Source of the DNA: Candidatus Wallbacteria bacterium
GTDB lineage: Bacteria; Muiribacteriota; UBA6191; JACPRK01
Assembly: GCA_016213845.1 (NCBI GenBank)
Contig: JACQZN010000082.1
Coordinates: 32,431-96,430 of the forward strand
Direction of reading: 5' to 3'
DNA: 64,000 bases
Positions 60,227 to 64,000 of the stretch are shown piece after piece. Both the position numbers and the translations under genes were made by a program. Under the pieces are notes generated by a model. That model did no database searches. It saw only the letters and a list, made by a program, of their open reading frames with translations, and was not told the origin of the DNA. How positions within the stretch are numbered: position 1 is the first letter of the stretch; every line of letters starts with the position of its first letter.

Positions 60227-62530
60227 ATGTCTCATCTGCTCTGGAGCCTTTTCCAGACGTTCGTCCAGTCGGTCCTGATGCCGTTCGCGGTGCTCGGTTT
60301 CGTGCACCTGCTCTGCGCCATCCACGGCAAGGACCGCCTGGAGCGCGAGCTTCCCAGCGCCGCCGAGCTGGCGCGGCGGCCCGCCCTGGAGACGCGCGTT
60401 CTGGACCGCAACGGCGTGCTCCTGGCCACGCTGCGCGACGAGCAATCCCGCTCCGAGCTGGTGCCTTTGGCCGACATCCCCCTGTTGACGCGCCTGGCCT
60501 TCGTCGCCGTCGAGGACGAGCGCTTCTTCCAGCACGACGGGATCGACCCCAAGGCCATCGTCCGCGCGGCGGTGAAGAACCTGCGCGCCGGCGGCCTGGT
60601 CGAGGGCGGCAGCACCATTACCCAGCAGCTGGTCAAGAACCGCTTCCTCACTTCCGAACGCAGCCTCGACCGCAAGCTCAAGGAGTTCCTGCTGGCGCTG
60701 AAGATGGAACGGATCTTCTCCAAGGAAGAGATCCTCTGTCAGTACCTGAACGAGATCTACTTCGGGCAGGGCGTCTACGGAATCGGCGCCGCCGCGCGCT
60801 CTTACTTCGGAAAGCCTGCATCGTCCCTCACGCTCGGCGAATCGGCCATTCTCGCGGGGATGGTCAAGGCGCCCAACCGCTACAACCCCTTCCGGCCGAA
60901 CGAGGCCTGGCGAGAGCGCCAGCGCCTGGTGCTGGGCAAGCTGGTCGAGCTGGGATACGTCAGCCCGGAGCAAGCGCGCCAAGCCGAGGCCGAGCCGCCC
61001 AGGTTCGCCCGCGGCCTGCTGCCGGGAGAGGCCCCGGAAAAGGCGCCGTACTTCGTCTCTCAGGTGAAGCGCTGGCTCATCGACACTTACGGATTCAAGA
61101 CCGCCTTCACGGGAGGCCTTCGCGTGACGACCACTCTGGATTGGCGCATCCAGCAGCAGGCCGAGCGGGCCTTCCTCGGCGCGGCAGTCTTCAAGAACCG
61201 CCCCGAATCGAGCGACCCGACCCTCCAGGGGGCTTTCGTCGCGCTCGATCCCGCCTCCGGGGACGTGCTCTCGATGATCGGTGGCAGAGGCTTTGCCACC
61301 AGTCAGTTCAACCGCGCCGTCCAGGCGCGCCGTCAGCCTGGCTCTTCCTTCAAACCGTTCGTTTACTGCGCCGCGCTCTTCGAGGGGCTGGAAGGCAACA
61401 CCGTCATCGACGACGAGCCGGTCGCCTTCGAGGACCAGGCCCACGTCCAGCTCTGGGAGCCGCGCAACTCGGGCAACGTTTACAACGGTCCGACGACGCT
61501 GGCCGAGGCGCTGGCGCGTTCCTTCAACGCCGTCGCAGTCAAGCTGCTCGACCAGGTCGGCATCCTCGACACGGTCGAGATCGCGCGCCGCCTGGGAATC
61601 GCCACCCCGTTGCACAACGGCCTGAGCCTGGCACTCGGCGCCAGTGAAGTGACGCTGATGGAGATGGTGAGCGCCTATTCCGTCTTCGGCAATCGCGGCA
61701 TGCGCGCTCTGCCCAGGACCATTCTCAAGGTCGAGGACTACGACGGCAAGCTGCTGCAGCTCTCGGGCTCCGACCAGCGCGACGCGATCGACGAGGTGAC
61801 GGCCTTCTCGATGACTCAAATGCTCCGCGGAGTCGTCGAGCGCGGGACCGGGCGCGCCGCTCGCGTCGAAGGTCACCCGGTCGCCGGCAAGACGGGCACC
61901 ACCAACGGCTACGTGGACGCCTGGTTCATCGGTTTCACCCCTCGGATAGCCGCCGGATGCTACGTGGGCCACGATGACCGCAAGCGCCTGGGCGGCAATG
62001 CCACGGGCGGCCGGGTCGCCGCCCCGATCGTCGGCGCGTTCCTGAACGACTATCTGAAAGGCCGCGAACCCGTTCCCTTCCAGCGCCCCGCCACCGTCGA
62101 CCTGATCCAGGTGTGCGGCGAGACCGGCATGCTCGCCTCCGAGGACTGCGAGGACACCTGGGAGATCGCCTTCGACCAGGGTCGCGCCCCCGGCGAGGAG
62201 TGCGAGGGCCACGAGGGCATGGCCTACGAGCCGCCTGCCGACGAGGACGATATGGCCGACGAGAGCCCGCCCCCGCGGCCCTGGATGCAGCTGCCGGAAT
62301 CGGTCGAGGCCACATCCGACGCGGCCACGCCTGAGGGACCTTCCGGCGTCTTCGGCGCGCCGTCCACCGAGGACTCCGTGGAGTCGACCCGCCAGTACGC
62401 GCGCTCCCTGCGCCCCTGGGCCGGCCGGGCGAGCTCTGCCCAGGACGTGCGCGCCCGCATCCGCCGCTGGCTGCGTCCCGAGGTGGACGAGCAGCAGGAC
62501 GATCCGCCCGTCGAACCGCCGCCACAGTAA
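60227..62530 (+). CDS. Class A penicillin-binding protein (PBP1A family)
   Basis: Transglycosylase EDERF..H.G, GGSTITQQL, RKLKE; transpeptidase SSFK, SFN, KTG; acidic C-terminal tail. Confidence 0.95.
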   Translation: MSHLLWSLFQTFVQSVLMPFAVLGFVHLLCAIHGKDRLERELPSAAELARRPALETRVLDRNGVLLATLRDEQSRSELVPLADIPLLTRLAFVAVEDERFFQHDGIDPKAIVRAAVKNLRAGGLVEGGSTITQQLVKNRFLTSERSLDRKLKEFLLALKMERIFSKEEILCQYLNEIYFGQGVYGIGAAARSYFGKPASSLTLGESAILAGMVKAPNRYNPFRPNEAWRERQRLVLGKLVELGYVSPEQARQAEAEPPRFARGLLPGEAPEKAPYFVSQVKRWLIDTYGFKTAFTGGLRVTTTLDWRIQQQAERAFLGAAVFKNRPESSDPTLQGAFVALDPASGDVLSMIGGRGFATSQFNRAVQARRQPGSSFKPFVYCAALFEGLEGNTVIDDEPVAFEDQAHVQLWEPRNSGNVYNGPTTLAEALARSFNAVAVKLLDQVGILDTVEIARRLGIATPLHNGLSLALGASEVTLMEMVSAYSVFGNRGMRALPRTILKVEDYDGKLLQLSGSDQRDAIDEVTAFSMTQMLRGVVERGTGRAARVEGHPVAGKTGTTNGYVDAWFIGFTPRIAAGCYVGHDDRKRLGGNATGGRVAAPIVGAFLNDYLKGREPVPFQRPATVDLIQVCGETGMLASEDCEDTWEIAFDQGRAPGEECEGHEGMAYEPPADEDDMADESPPPRPWMQLPESVEATSDAATPEGPSGVFGAPSTEDSVESTRQYARSLRPWAGRASSAQDVRARIRRWLRPEVDEQQDDPPVEPPPQ

Positions 62531-62644
62531 CGCCCATCACGGTGGCGTCCCGGGCCGAACGCCGGCGGCTTGACTCCGGTTCTTTGGCCGGAGCATTGTG
62601 TCGGCGCCCCGGGGCGCCTACGACGGCGTACTCGGGCCCATCCC

Positions 62645-63967
62645 ATGTCGAGAAAACGCAAAGTCGTCATCATCGGTGCCGCGGGCAGGGACTTTCAAAA
62701 CTTCAACTCGGTCTACAAGCACGACGACCTGCACGAGATCGTCGCGTTCACGGCCACGCAGATCCCCGGGATCTCGGGGCGCAAGTACCCCGCCAGCCTC
62801 GCCGGGCCTGCCTATCCAGACGGCATCCCCATCGTCGAGGAGGACCTCCTCGAGCAGCTCATCGCCGAGCGGCGCGTCGACGAGTGCGTGCTCAGCTACA
62901 GCGATCTCTCCTACAACTACGTGATGCGCCTGGCCTCTCGCGTGCTCGCGGCCGGCGCCACCTTCTCGATGCTGGGCGCCCGCCAGACGATGTTCGAGAG
63001 CACCCGCCCCGTCATCGCCGTGGTGGCCGTCCGCACCGGGTGCGGCAAGAGTCAAACGACCCGCCGAGTCGTGGAGCTGCTGCGCAGGGCGGGCAAGCGG
63101 GTCGTCGCCGTGCGCCACCCGATGCCCTACGGCGACCTCGAAAAGCAGCGCCTGCAGCGCTTCGCCACGCTCGAGGATCTCCGGCTCCACCAGTGCACCA
63201 TCGAGGAGATGGAAGAGTACGAGCCTCATCTGGCGCAGGGCAGCATCGTCTACTCCGGCGTCGACTACGAGGCCATACTTCGCGAAGCCGAGAAGGAGGC
63301 CGACGTCATCGTCTGGGACGGGGGCAACAACGACACGCCCTTCTTCCGCCCCAGCCTCACCATCACCGTTGCCGATCCCTTGCGGCCCGGCCACGAGGTC
63401 TCCTACTACCCCGGCGAGGTCAACTTCCGCATGGCCGACGTCCTCGTCATCAACAAGGTCGATTCGGCCCGCCCCGAGGACGTCGCCACCATCGAACGCA
63501 ACGCCCGCCAGCTCAATCCGCGCGCCCGCGTCATCAAGGCTGCCTCCATCCTGCACGTCGAGGACCCCTCCGTCATCCGCGGCCGCCGCGTCCTGGTCAT
63601 CGAGGACGGTCCCACGCTCACCCACGGCGAGATGCGCCTGGGGGCGGGCGTCGTTGCTGCCGAGCGCGCCGGCGCCGCGGAGCTGGTCGACCCCAGGCCC
63701 TACGCCGTCGGCGCCATCGCCGGCGCCTTCGTCCGTTACCCCCACATGGGACGGCTGCTCCCCGCGCTAGGATACGGCGCGGCCCAGATGGCCGAGCTGG
63801 CAGAGACCATCGCCCGCACCGACTGCGACGCCGTCGTCGTCGCCACCCCGATCGACCTGGCGCGCTACATCCGCATCGACAAGCCCGTCACCCGCGTGCA
63901 GTACGAGCTCTCGGCCGCCGCCCGAGACGAGCTCGAGGTCATCTTGAAAGAGAGGCGATTCATCTAA
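62645..63967 (+). CDS. COG2403 P-loop enzyme (annotated GTPase/cDPG-synthetase-like; arginine synthetase ArcE-like)
   Basis: GAAGRDFQNFN, AFTATQIP, RTGCGKSQTT, RHPMPYGDL, CTIEEMEEYEPH, WDGGNND, EDGPTLTHG and LPALGY. Confidence 0.85.
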   Translation: MSRKRKVVIIGAAGRDFQNFNSVYKHDDLHEIVAFTATQIPGISGRKYPASLAGPAYPDGIPIVEEDLLEQLIAERRVDECVLSYSDLSYNYVMRLASRVLAAGATFSMLGARQTMFESTRPVIAVVAVRTGCGKSQTTRRVVELLRRAGKRVVAVRHPMPYGDLEKQRLQRFATLEDLRLHQCTIEEMEEYEPHLAQGSIVYSGVDYEAILREAEKEADVIVWDGGNNDTPFFRPSLTITVADPLRPGHEVSYYPGEVNFRMADVLVINKVDSARPEDVATIERNARQLNPRARVIKAASILHVEDPSVIRGRRVLVIEDGPTLTHGEMRLGAGVVAAERAGAAELVDPRPYAVGAIAGAFVRYPHMGRLLPALGYGAAQMAELAETIARTDCDAVVVATPIDLARYIRIDKPVTRVQYELSAAARDELEVILKERRFI

Positions 63968-64000
63968 TGTGGGAATCGACGCTCACCGTCGCTCTCGTCA

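Overview
High-GC (roughly 70% by eye), gene-dense chromosome segment from a diderm bacterium: it carries TolC channels and an SLH + coiled-coil + beta-barrel OmpM/SlpA-like protein. In order it contains a CusCBA-type heavy-metal efflux operon followed by a secreted His-rich protein and a CX5R phosphatase; a reverse-strand run of response regulator, degenerate PilB-like ATPase, PilT and a three-subunit molybdo-flavoenzyme; signalling genes (Ser/Thr kinase, two histidine kinases); an ABC exporter whose permease is fused to a CPBP protease; a 1946-aa CARDB/PPC/PKD surface protein; three pseudopilin-like genes; a methionine gamma-lyase; a MacB-type ABC/TolC operon with three membrane-fusion modules; kup; a mosaic of gene remnants; PBP1A; and a COG2403 (ArcE/cDPGS-like) enzyme. 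The most striking item is a standalone 70-aa gene at 30447-30659 that aligns almost gap-free with archaeal HMf-type histones. Non-coding signals include a TANNNT box 6-8 nt upstream of many start codons (leaderless genes), intergenic 7-mer arrays, a mirror-symmetric set of repeats around the ompM-like/esterase segment, a perfect 25-bp palindrome between 14-bp direct repeats, and a diverged duplicate of a gene 3' end bracketing the kup region. No rRNA, tRNA, CRISPR array, transposase or integrase was recognised. All family assignments come from motif recognition by eye; no database searches were run.
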